A program made the translations under genes and the position numbers. DNA of 57,574 nt, taken from positions 1 through 57,574 of the forward strand of contig DVGF01000046.1 of the NCBI GenBank assembly GCA_018712835.1, given 5' to 3'. The stretch comes from Candidatus Ventrenecus stercoripullorum. GTDB taxonomy: Bacteria > Bacillota_I > Bacilli_A > RF39 > UBA660. This document shows positions 18,811 through 26,849 of this stretch, piece after piece; position 1 is the stretch's first letter, and each line of letters starts with the position of its first letter. The notes beneath the pieces are model-generated. The model was not told the origin of the DNA, did not search any database, and worked only from the letters and a program-made list of their open reading frames with translations.

Positions 18811-21800
18811 TGTTGATTTTTAAAAATAGTTTTAAAAAGATTCAAAAATCTTTAGGTCGGTTTCTTTCTTTGATTTGTATTATTGCTCTTGGTAGTGCGT
18901 TTTTTTCAGGACTTCGGGAGACTTCTTCTGATATGATTAAAACCATGGATCAGTACTATGATGAGTATCATTTAATGGATTATCGTGTTGTTAGTACTAT
19001 GGGACTTACGGATGACGATGTGGAGTCGCTTAGGGCTTTAAATAATGTTTCGGTTGTTGAGCCAATGTACTCTTTTGAAACTGTAGTGGATGGGTATGCT
19101 ACGAAGGTGTATTCTATTACGGAAAATATTAATCAAGTTCATTTGACTCTGGGACGAATGCCTGAAAACGCAAATGAGATTTTAGTAGAGGTTGGGACGT
19201 ATTCTTTAGGCGATACGGTTACTTTTGAAAGTGATAGTTTGGATTATATTTCAAACCAAACGTATACAGTAGTAGGTCTTATCGAGTCACCAATGTATAT
19301 TTATAATAATAAAGGTATTTCTACGGTTGGAAGTGGAAAACTAGATACGTTTATGTATATTTTAAAAGATAATTTTACGTTGGAAGCTTATACTGAAGTT
19401 TATTTGCTTGCGAAAGATAATATTGATACAACTGCTTATATGAGTGATTATGAAATGCAGGCGAGTCTTTTAAATAGTGAACTTCAAGAATTGAAGCCTA
19501 TTCGTGAAACAGCACGTTATGAAGAATTGTTTGAAGCAGCAATGAATGAGGTTTATGATGCACAAGAAGAATTAAATAAACAAAAAAGTGATGGCGAGAA
19601 AGAGTTTCAAGATGCTTGGAATGAAATTTTAAGTAATGAAGCAACTATTGATAATTCATGGAATGAATATAATAATGGTTATGCTACTTTAAATAATACG
19701 AAAAAGAATATGGAAAGTACTTTTGCTAGTACTAGAAGTGAATTACAGGCTAGTGAAACTGCGTTAAATAATTCTTTAGCAAGTCTTAATATTACTATGG
19801 AAGAAATTCCAGGAGTGATGGAGACTACAAAGACACAGATTACTACGTTACAAGGAATGCTTGAAAATTTAGAAGAGGGTAGTGATGAGTATTTAGCTAT
19901 TTCTTCTCAAATATCAGCTTTGCAAAGTTATTATGATAGTCTTTCTAAAATTTTACAAGCAAGAACAGAAATTGATAATGGCTATGCTGCTTTAAATGAG
20001 GGAACTCTTGCTTGGAATAGAGAATATCAAAATAGTTTAAATACTCTTCAAAATAGTTATCAACAGCTTTTAGATGCTGAAGCAAGTTTGGAAGCTGGAA
20101 AAAAGGAATATGAAGCTAATTATCAAAAATTTTTAACTGAGATTAATGATGCTCAGAAAGAAATTGATGAGGCACGAGAAGAAGTTCTTAATATGGAGAA
20201 ACCGGTTTGGTATTTGTTTGATCGGGAAGATAATAGTGGCTATACTACTTTTTATGATACAGCGACTAAAGTGGATGCGATTGCAACCGTGTTTCCAGTA
20301 TTCTTCATTATTGTGGCATTACTTATGTGTTTGAATACAATGACTAGAATGATTGAAGAAGAACGTGGAGAAATTGGATTGTTTACTTCTTTAGGATATT
20401 CTAAAGGAAAAATTGTTGCCAGTTATATCTTTTATGTTTTAATTGCGTCGACAGTTGGTTTAGCTCTTGGATTATCCATTGGATATTTTGTAGTACCAAG
20501 AATTATCTATCAAGTTTATTCGGCATCTTTTACTATTTCTAATTTGATTACGGTCTTTAATATTCCAGTCAGTCTTATTATCATATTTGTATGTTACTTT
20601 ATTATGTCTTTTGTTACTTATATTACGCTTTATAGAGACTTTAAAATTATGCCGGCTAATCTTTTACGACCTGAAGCTCCTAAGATGGGAAAAAGGGTTT
20701 TCTTAGAAAAAATTGGATTTCTTTGGAAGCGACTTTCTTTTACATGGAAAGTAACGATTCGAAATTTATTCCGTTATAAAAAGCGTATTATTATGACTTT
20801 AATCGGTATTACTGGTTGTACAGCCTTGTTACTTACTGGTTTTGGTATTCAGGATAGTATTAGTTCTGTGATGGACATTCAATTTGGAAATATTCAAGTT
20901 TATGATGCGGTAGTGATGCTTGATGAAACTGTTACAGAAGAAAGTAGTGAAGTCAATACTATTTTAGACGAGAATGGTATTACAGAAAAAAGTTATGTGA
21001 ATATGGAGAACTATACGTTTGAAGTCAATAATAAGAATTTAGATGTTTATGTCATGGCGTTTGCTGATGCATCTAGTGTGGACTCTTTTGTTCATTTAAA
21101 AGATGAGGATGGTAACCCTATTGGATTAAGTGATAATGGGGCAGTTATTACACAGAAGACTGCTGAGCTTCTTCATGTAAACGTAGGAGATACTATTTCT
21201 ATCCGTAATAGTGAAAATACTTTGTTTGTTTTGAAAGTAAATGGTATTACAGAAAATTATGTCAATCACTATATTTATATGAATATGAATTATTATAACC
21301 AAATTATGGGAGAAACAGAGTATAATTCTTTGATTTTAAATATGGATGGTGATGTCGAAGAGGTTGGAAATAAGCTCATGGAGTCTGGACATTTTAGTGG
21401 TATTCAATATAGTAGTGACACTATGGAGATGTTTCTTGATGTTATTAATAGTCTTAACAATATTGTGTTTTTAGTTATTGGTTTTTCGACATTCCTAGCT
21501 ATTACGGTTTTGTATAATTTAACAACGATTAATATTAGTGAAAGAACTAGAGAAATTGCCACTTTAAAAGTATTAGGTTTTCATGATAAGGAAGTGTCTT
21601 CTTACGTATATCGTGAAACGATGCTTCTCACTATTGTTGGTATTATCATCGGCTTTGGTTTAGGTGTATTACTTAATTATTTTGTAATGACTGTTGCTGA
21701 GACAGAGGAGATTTTATTTTTGAAAACTGTTCTTCCAATCAGTTATCTATATACATTCTTAATTATGATTGTATTTACTGTTTTAGTACAGATAGTTACG

Positions 21801-21854
21801 CATTTTATTTTGAAAACTATTAATATGATAGACTCTTTAAAGTCTGTAGAATAA
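18810..21854 (+). CDS. FtsX/MacB-type ABC permease with long coiled-coil ectodomain
   Basis: Two FtsX-like 4-TM modules flank an extracytoplasmic coiled-coil region of a few hundred residues. TAATG overlap with the ATPase stop. Confidence 0.85.
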   Translation: MLIFKNSFKKIQKSLGRFLSLICIIALGSAFFSGLRETSSDMIKTMDQYYDEYHLMDYRVVSTMGLTDDDVESLRALNNVSVVEPMYSFETVVDGYATKVYSITENINQVHLTLGRMPENANEILVEVGTYSLGDTVTFESDSLDYISNQTYTVVGLIESPMYIYNNKGISTVGSGKLDTFMYILKDNFTLEAYTEVYLLAKDNIDTTAYMSDYEMQASLLNSELQELKPIRETARYEELFEAAMNEVYDAQEELNKQKSDGEKEFQDAWNEILSNEATIDNSWNEYNNGYATLNNTKKNMESTFASTRSELQASETALNNSLASLNITMEEIPGVMETTKTQITTLQGMLENLEEGSDEYLAISSQISALQSYYDSLSKILQARTEIDNGYAALNEGTLAWNREYQNSLNTLQNSYQQLLDAEASLEAGKKEYEANYQKFLTEINDAQKEIDEAREEVLNMEKPVWYLFDREDNSGYTTFYDTATKVDAIATVFPVFFIIVALLMCLNTMTRMIEEERGEIGLFTSLGYSKGKIVASYIFYVLIASTVGLALGLSIGYFVVPRIIYQVYSASFTISNLITVFNIPVSLIIIFVCYFIMSFVTYITLYRDFKIMPANLLRPEAPKMGKRVFLEKIGFLWKRLSFTWKVTIRNLFRYKKRIIMTLIGITGCTALLLTGFGIQDSISSVMDIQFGNIQVYDAVVMLDETVTEESSEVNTILDENGITEKSYVNMENYTFEVNNKNLDVYVMAFADASSVDSFVHLKDEDGNPIGLSDNGAVITQKTAELLHVNVGDTISIRNSENTLFVLKVNGITENYVNHYIYMNMNYYNQIMGETEYNSLILNMDGDVEEVGNKLMESGHFSGIQYSSDTMEMFLDVINSLNNIVFLVIGFSTFLAITVLYNLTTINISERTREIATLKVLGFHDKEVSSYVYRETMLLTIVGIIIGFGLGVLLNYFVMTVAETEEILFLKTVLPISYLYTFLIMIVFTVLVQIVTHFILKTINMIDSLKSVE

Positions 21855-21953
21855 AGAAAACTAGCATATTTTGACATGTTTTGTCGAAGTGCTAGTTTTT
21901 TTTCTTTTTTCCATTATAATAGGCATCACTTTCTTAGTGAAGGGGGTGAAGTC

Positions 21954-22583
21954 ATGGAAAGTAAGAAAGTAAAAAAGATTTTAAATCGTTTCGGGGTTCA
22001 AGCTGTTTTTCGAGATATTCCAGAGTATTATGGACTTATTCTTTCTAAGATTTTTCAAGTTCCATTAAAACAAATTATGGATAATATGGACTGTTCTCCA
22101 TATTTGAGTGAAGATTTTTTAGATAAATTTGAGTTGCTTTTGAAAGAATATATTTTCGCTTTTTCTTGTGTTCATTCTGATTTTGAAAAGAAAATATTGA
22201 AAAATGGAGAGTCTTGCGACAATATTAATGTGTCTAATTACCTTTTTAAAAAGAAGGCACTTAAAAATGTTGATTCTGTGCTTGTTAATTTAGAATATAA
22301 AGATACCACAGAAATTCCAAAAGAGTTTTATTCGAAATCTGAAAGGTCTAAAGATGATGATTATATCTTTGCCAGTTATTATTTTAATATGAATTATTTA
22401 TTTCATTGCGATATCAACGTTGTAAAAGATCCTAAAAATTTAGAGTATTATTTCTATCCTTTGGTTTGCTATGATGAAAACATATTAATTGAGATTTATA
22501 AGGATGATAGTTTGATGATGGAAGTTGTAAAATATGTTCAAGAACTTTATAATAACCCTTATATCATAGAGTGTTCCTTGTAA
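21954..22583 (+). CDS. hypothetical protein
   Basis: GGGGGTG RBS before ATG 21954 (ORF track 21876). I recognise no motif. Confidence 0.5.
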   Translation: MESKKVKKILNRFGVQAVFRDIPEYYGLILSKIFQVPLKQIMDNMDCSPYLSEDFLDKFELLLKEYIFAFSCVHSDFEKKILKNGESCDNINVSNYLFKKKALKNVDSVLVNLEYKDTTEIPKEFYSKSERSKDDDYIFASYYFNMNYLFHCDINVVKDPKNLEYYFYPLVCYDENILIEIYKDDSLMMEVVKYVQELYNNPYIIECSL

Positions 22584-22588
22584 TTTTT

Positions 22589-22626
22589 GGCTCGTTATTA
22601 TTTTTCTACTTTTCTAGTAACGAGCC
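22589..22626 (+). terminator. hairpin, possible terminator
   Basis: ggctcgtta-(20 nt)-taacgagcc. No clear T tract follows. Confidence 0.35.
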
Positions 22627-22634
22627 TTCCATTT

Positions 22635-22823
22635 CCTAACTTGTAACGCAATCGAACATTTCATTCATTGGAATTAATAAAGTCTCCATCATTCATAATA
22701 TATATATTAAAAATTTAATGATACATAGTTGTTATAGATAATTGAGAAATTTTATGTTAAGAACTTTTTGAATATTCACTTCTTTCTATTATTTATCAAT
22801 GTTCGATTGCGTTATGGGTTAGG
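22635..22823. promoter_or_regulatory. candidate invertible DNA segment (25-bp inverted repeats flanking 139 bp)
   Basis: IR-L 22635-22659 is cctaacttgtaacgcaatcgaacat and IR-R 22799-22823 is atgttcgattgcgttatgggttagg (22/25 complementary). The enclosed AT-rich DNA holds a minus-strand TTAACA-18 nt-TATAAC promoter-like element (plus coordinates 22731-22760). Confidence 0.4.
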
Positions 22824-23004
22824 GAATTTTGTTTGGGCTAAATTATTTTGTAAAATTAATTTGTGGGTTAACATATTATATTACTTGTTTTTTTAGAAAA
22901 TATCTTGCATTAGTAAGTATGATGACATGAAATGTCGCTTCTTTTTTTCTTGCTTTTTTCACTTAGTTGTAGTAACATGTGATGTAGAAAGTAGGGTTAG
23001 TGTT

Positions 23005-24711
23005 ATGAAGAAACAAACAATTATAGCACTAGCAGTCATAGGAGTACTGTTAGTAGGAACGATAGGAGTGACTTTTGCATACTTTGCATCTAGTAGTCAA
23101 AATGATAATGCCGGTATTAATGCAGAAACAGAAGAACTAGGAAGTATTTTGTTAGATGGAACAAAAGTGTTTACTTCTTATGATTTATTACCAGGACAAA
23201 TGGGAGTACAAGAATTTACAATAGAAAAGAATTCAGATACTGGTAATGGTATTTATGAAATTGATTTAGAAGCAACTGTTCCAGAAGAATTTCAAAGTGA
23301 TATAGAAATACTTTTATATAAAACAACAAACCCAGTAAGTAATAATGTTACTGTAAATGTAGCAGATCCAACATTAGAGAATAATCAAATTTATCAGGAA
23401 GATAGTTTAAATATTACAGGAAGTCCAGAACTAGTATATCAAGGAATACTTACAGAAAATCCCCAAATCATCTTAGAACAACAAGATTTTGATGTAACAA
23501 CTTTAGAAAAGACAACCTATTACTTAGTATATCATTATAAAAACAACGGAAATCAAGATGATCAACAAGGGAAGACATTTACAGGAACGATAACTGTGAG
23601 ACTTATTAATGAGAAATTAACAGATTATAAAAAATGTACAGAATTATATGGCGAAGATAATCCTCAATGTGGTATTTTAGCTCAAGTAGATACGACAGGA
23701 AAATGTCCAACAGTGAATGAACAAGGACAAATCTTAGTCAGTGGACCGGAAACAACTGAAAGCCTCGTTTGTAGTGCGCCAGATGATTATGGAACAAGTT
23801 ATTATTATAGAGGAGATGTGGAAAATAACTGGGTAAAGTTTGCTGATGCATATTGGCGAATAGTAAGAGTGAATGGTGATGGAAGTATTAGAATCGTCTA
23901 TGCCGGAGATGCCAACACTATTGATGCTTTACCAAATAAAGAAGAAGTATTACAAAATGGATATGATGATAGTAGTACCGATTATACCCAAATAGGGACC
24001 AGTGCGTATAACTCATCATATAATGATAATGCATATGTAGGATATATGTATGGAACACCAGGAAGTAGTAGTTATGAAGAAACCCATGCAAATATCAATG
24101 ATAGTACAATCAAACAATATATTGATCAATGGTACAAAACAAATATTGTCGATAAAGGATATAGTGAATATGTCAGTGATACGTTATTCTGTAATGACAG
24201 AAGCTTTGTATATGATGAGGCATTTTCAATTGATGGCTTTTATAATGGAAATACAATGACTCAACTAGGCTATGGACAAAACTATACAGCATATCGTTGG
24301 GCAGGGGATCCACAGGCGGCTCAAATGGGCGGAGAGTATGAAAAAGTATTAACTTATCCAAATTTTCGTTGTAGTAATCAAAATGATCGGTTTACAGTAA
24401 GCAGTGGAATAGGGAATGGAGCATTGACATATCCAATAGCATTACTAAGTACTGACGATATCTATGCAGCCGGAGGATTTAGTACAGAAAACTATAACTA
24501 TTATTTGTATACAGGAAATTTGTATTGGTCTTTGTCGCCGAGCAACTTCAATGATGGCTACGCGTACGTGCGTAACGTGTATAACTATGCTAGCAACTAC
24601 GACTATGTGGATGACTCCATCGGCGTCCGTCCCGCAATCAATCTGAAGTCTGGTAGTCTGACGCAAGGCTCAGGAACGGCTAATGACCCATTTGTATTAT
24701 CAGGGAACTAG
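23005..24711 (+). CDS. DGR target protein: secreted TasA/camelysin-like N-domain plus C-terminal variable lectin-like (DUF1566-type) domain
   Basis: Start is ATG 23005 (ORF track 22927). The signal 'LLVGTIGVTFAYFASS' resembles the SipW-cognate TasA/CalY class. The C-terminus '...YWSLSPSNFNDGYAYVRNVYNYASNYDYVDDSIGVRPA' contains the VR. Confidence 0.85.
   Translation: MKKQTIIALAVIGVLLVGTIGVTFAYFASSSQNDNAGINAETEELGSILLDGTKVFTSYDLLPGQMGVQEFTIEKNSDTGNGIYEIDLEATVPEEFQSDIEILLYKTTNPVSNNVTVNVADPTLENNQIYQEDSLNITGSPELVYQGILTENPQIILEQQDFDVTTLEKTTYYLVYHYKNNGNQDDQQGKTFTGTITVRLINEKLTDYKKCTELYGEDNPQCGILAQVDTTGKCPTVNEQGQILVSGPETTESLVCSAPDDYGTSYYYRGDVENNWVKFADAYWRIVRVNGDGSIRIVYAGDANTIDALPNKEEVLQNGYDDSSTDYTQIGTSAYNSSYNDNAYVGYMYGTPGSSSYEETHANINDSTIKQYIDQWYKTNIVDKGYSEYVSDTLFCNDRSFVYDEAFSIDGFYNGNTMTQLGYGQNYTAYRWAGDPQAAQMGGEYEKVLTYPNFRCSNQNDRFTVSSGIGNGALTYPIALLSTDDIYAAGGFSTENYNYYLYTGNLYWSLSPSNFNDGYAYVRNVYNYASNYDYVDDSIGVRPAINLKSGSLTQGSGTANDPFVLSGN
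24530..24636 (+). repeat. DGR variable repeat (VR)
   Basis: 107 bp aligned without gaps to 24847-24953. There are 9 mismatches (24542, 24559, 24565, 24580, 24586, 24598, 24604, 24613, 24620), and the TR base is A at all of them. Confidence 0.95.
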
Positions 24712-24747
24712 AATTATCAGGGGTAAGCCTAAGACGATGAAACGTTG

Positions 24748-24773
24748 CCCAAAAATGACTCCTCATTTTTGGG
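24748..24773 (+). terminator. 11-bp-stem hairpin downstream of the target gene
   Basis: cccaaaaatga-ctcc-tcatttttggg, then ccggcgccatttttt. It could be a terminator and/or a DGR target-proximal hairpin. Confidence 0.55.
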
Positions 24774-24846
24774 CCGGCGCCATTTTTTAAAATTTAGCAT
24801 CAATAAAAATATAGATGTAGGGATTTTCTAAATAGAGGGACTTTTG

Positions 24847-24953
24847 CTTTGTCGCCGAACAACTTCAATGATGGCAACGCGAACGTGCGTAACGTGAATA
24901 ACAATGCTAGCAACAACGACAATGTGGATAACTCCAACGGCGTCCGTCCCGCA
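24847..24953 (+). repeat. DGR template repeat (TR)
   Basis: Non-coding copy of the VR. In the VR frame it reads LSPNNFNDGNANVRNVNNNASNNDNVDNSNGVRPA, which is rich in AAY codons. Noticeably more GC-rich than its flanks. Confidence 0.95.
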
Positions 24954-25160
24954 GATTCCTACTACGATTAGTAAATTACTAATGCACCGAGTGTAAACGG
25001 TCACGGCTTTTTACGAGAGGAAGTAATCACTTTATGTGATAATCTAATCAGATTGGAAACAAGAAAATTCCTAGGGCAAGTCCCTGAATAGAAAATATAG
25101 ACGTTTTGGTCTTCCTTCTAAAAGAATGAGAGGGCGTAAAAACTATCAGCTATATTAGTG
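24954..25160 (+). ncRNA. TR-flanking spacer region of the putative DGR RNA
   Basis: About 200 nt of non-coding sequence between the TR and a strong terminator, with local stems such as caccg-agtgtaaa-cggt. By analogy with the Sp region of the Bordetella phage DGR RNA; function not shown here. Confidence 0.35.
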
Positions 25161-25189
25161 GCAGAAGAAATTATTTCTTCTGCTTTTTT
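25161..25189 (+). terminator. rho-independent terminator ending the TR transcript
   Basis: gcagaagaaa-tta-tttcttctgc followed by tttttt. Confidence 0.75.
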
Positions 25190-25300
25190 CTTTATATTTC
25201 GCTGTGTTTTTTTGCTGCTTTGTTATTTTTAATCTTTTTTTTGATTTTTTCAGCTTTTCAGTTATCGACTATTTTAAGATAAAAAATAATCTATTAAAAA

Positions 25301-25329
25301 TGCAAGAAGGACAATTTATTCTTCTTGCA
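25301..25329 (-). terminator. terminator of the Rpn-family gene
   Basis: On the minus strand: tgcaagaag-(11 nt)-cttcttgca followed by ttttt. Confidence 0.6.
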
Positions 25330-25345
25330 ATGATATAAAAACATA

Positions 25346-26248
25346 CTAACTTTCCTGTAAATTTAAAATCTCTTGTTTAGAAAGACCAGTAGATTTCATA
25401 ATTGTAGGAATATCAATCTTAAGATTTAATAAATTCTTAGCGATTTCAATACTTCGAGTTCTAAGGCCTTCATGCTTTCCTTTTTGAATTCCTTCTTGAA
25501 TTCCTTCTTCTCTTCCTTCTTGAATCCCTTCTTCTCTTCCATTTCTTCGCGCTATCTCTTCATTTTTTCTTGTTAAGCTTTTAAATTTTAAAACAGCTTC
25601 ATCATTTACAAATTCTTCCATCACTTGTGCTAAATCCATAAGTATTTCACTTCCTCTCGCTATTTCTAATCTTTCTTCTTTACTTTTCGCATAAATCATT
25701 TTCATGATTCTACGTAATTCTTCTTTTCTGTCATCATCATAAACCACATCGTCTAACTTGTCAAGGCGATAAATATATCCCTCTACTTTATTAGTAATTA
25801 TCTTATATGTTTTTTTGTTCATAAATAGAAAATCTGTTTCATATTCATCTATGTCAGGAACATGAGAAGACACGCAAAAATTATACTGAGTGACTTTAGG
25901 TTGATTTTGATATTTTTCTCCAATTTCTAATCTTGTTCCATAAATTCTAGTAAGATAAGTAAGACTTTTTTCAAAATCATCTTCTTCGAAAGTCGTATAC
26001 ATTTCAAGGTCGATTACTTCATCTTCGGATTTTGCTAAAACATCTGAAGTAATTCCTTTATCATTTAATTTCGTTTTATCTAAAAAAACTTCATTTAACA
26101 CAGTGACTTTTCCTTTTAAAGAATGTTTTTCATACCCTTTTAAAAGTTCCAATAAATATTCTGTAAATCTCACATTTTTTTGGGTACCAAAAATTTCTTT
26201 AAAGATTAAATCACCATGTAAGGATTCTCTCGTGTGAATTTTACTCAA
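25346..26248 (-). CDS. Rpn-family recombination-promoting nuclease / PDDEXK_2 putative transposase
   Basis: 'DLIFKEIFG...', '..ITSDVLAKSEDEVIDLEMY' (D...E.K-type nuclease core layout) and C-terminal 'EGIQEGREEGIQEGIQKG' repeats typical of this family. Confidence 0.7.
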   Translation of the reverse strand: MSKIHTRESLHGDLIFKEIFGTQKNVRFTEYLLELLKGYEKHSLKGKVTVLNEVFLDKTKLNDKGITSDVLAKSEDEVIDLEMYTTFEEDDFEKSLTYLTRIYGTRLEIGEKYQNQPKVTQYNFCVSSHVPDIDEYETDFLFMNKKTYKIITNKVEGYIYRLDKLDDVVYDDDRKEELRRIMKMIYAKSKEERLEIARGSEILMDLAQVMEEFVNDEAVLKFKSLTRKNEEIARRNGREEGIQEGREEGIQEGIQKGKHEGLRTRSIEIAKNLLNLKIDIPTIMKSTGLSKQEILNLQES

Positions 26249-26849
26249 AAAGACTCCCTCCTTTCTATGTTTATTTCACACACTTTTATATACCCTCACT
26301 AATATTATTACAGAAAAAAATCCAATTTCCTTTTTTTAGAAGAAAATTTTTCGAAAAAAATCATAAAAGATACAATATCTCTTGCTACTTATTAAAAATT
26401 AATTTTGCAACACAGTGATATTATCTTCTTTAGGATTAATATTTAAAAACTTTTCTTATAATATTCTCTACTAATATTAAATAAGAAAGGTATTTTTTTA
26501 ATTCCTATTTTTAATGTTCTATACTGGGTTATCGAGGCTTTAATTTGCGTAATTTATATTTAGCTAAGTAAAACAGAAAAGTAATGCAATATCCCACAAT
26601 TTGTCATTTGCAAACATGTTAATTGAAGAAAGTGATGATATACTATATTATCGAGTCAAAATGATTTGTTAAAAAATAAAAATAGTACGGGGTGCCGCAT
26701 TACGAATGTGATCTAATTAAAAGAGAAAAGAAATAGAAAAATTTTTTTACTCAATTCATTTTTATTTGATTTTTAATAATTCTTAATAATTTCTTCTGTT
26801 TTTAATTAGTATTTTAAGGTATAATAATCATAAGAAGGGAATTTTTCAT

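Noticed and set aside
24050-24666. Four short ORFs overlapping the DGR target gene (24050..24259+, 24173..24361-, 24445..24666-, 24464..24646+)
   Set aside because: These are alternative-frame or antisense ORFs inside a well-supported gene. The two over the VR stay open only because the VR is locally GC-rich and poor in stop codons.
25485-25550. Short tandem ccttcttgaat-type repeats as a CRISPR-like or satellite array
   Set aside because: They are in frame inside the Rpn-family gene (EGIQEG repeats), irregular, and lack spacers. They are a protein-level repeat.
26249-26849. 600-bp non-coding gap before the TagO-like gene as a possible ncRNA or riboswitch
   Set aside because: On either strand I could see only AT-rich sequence with a -10-like TATAAT near 26820, and no convincing conserved stems. 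An Rfam scan would be needed to say more.
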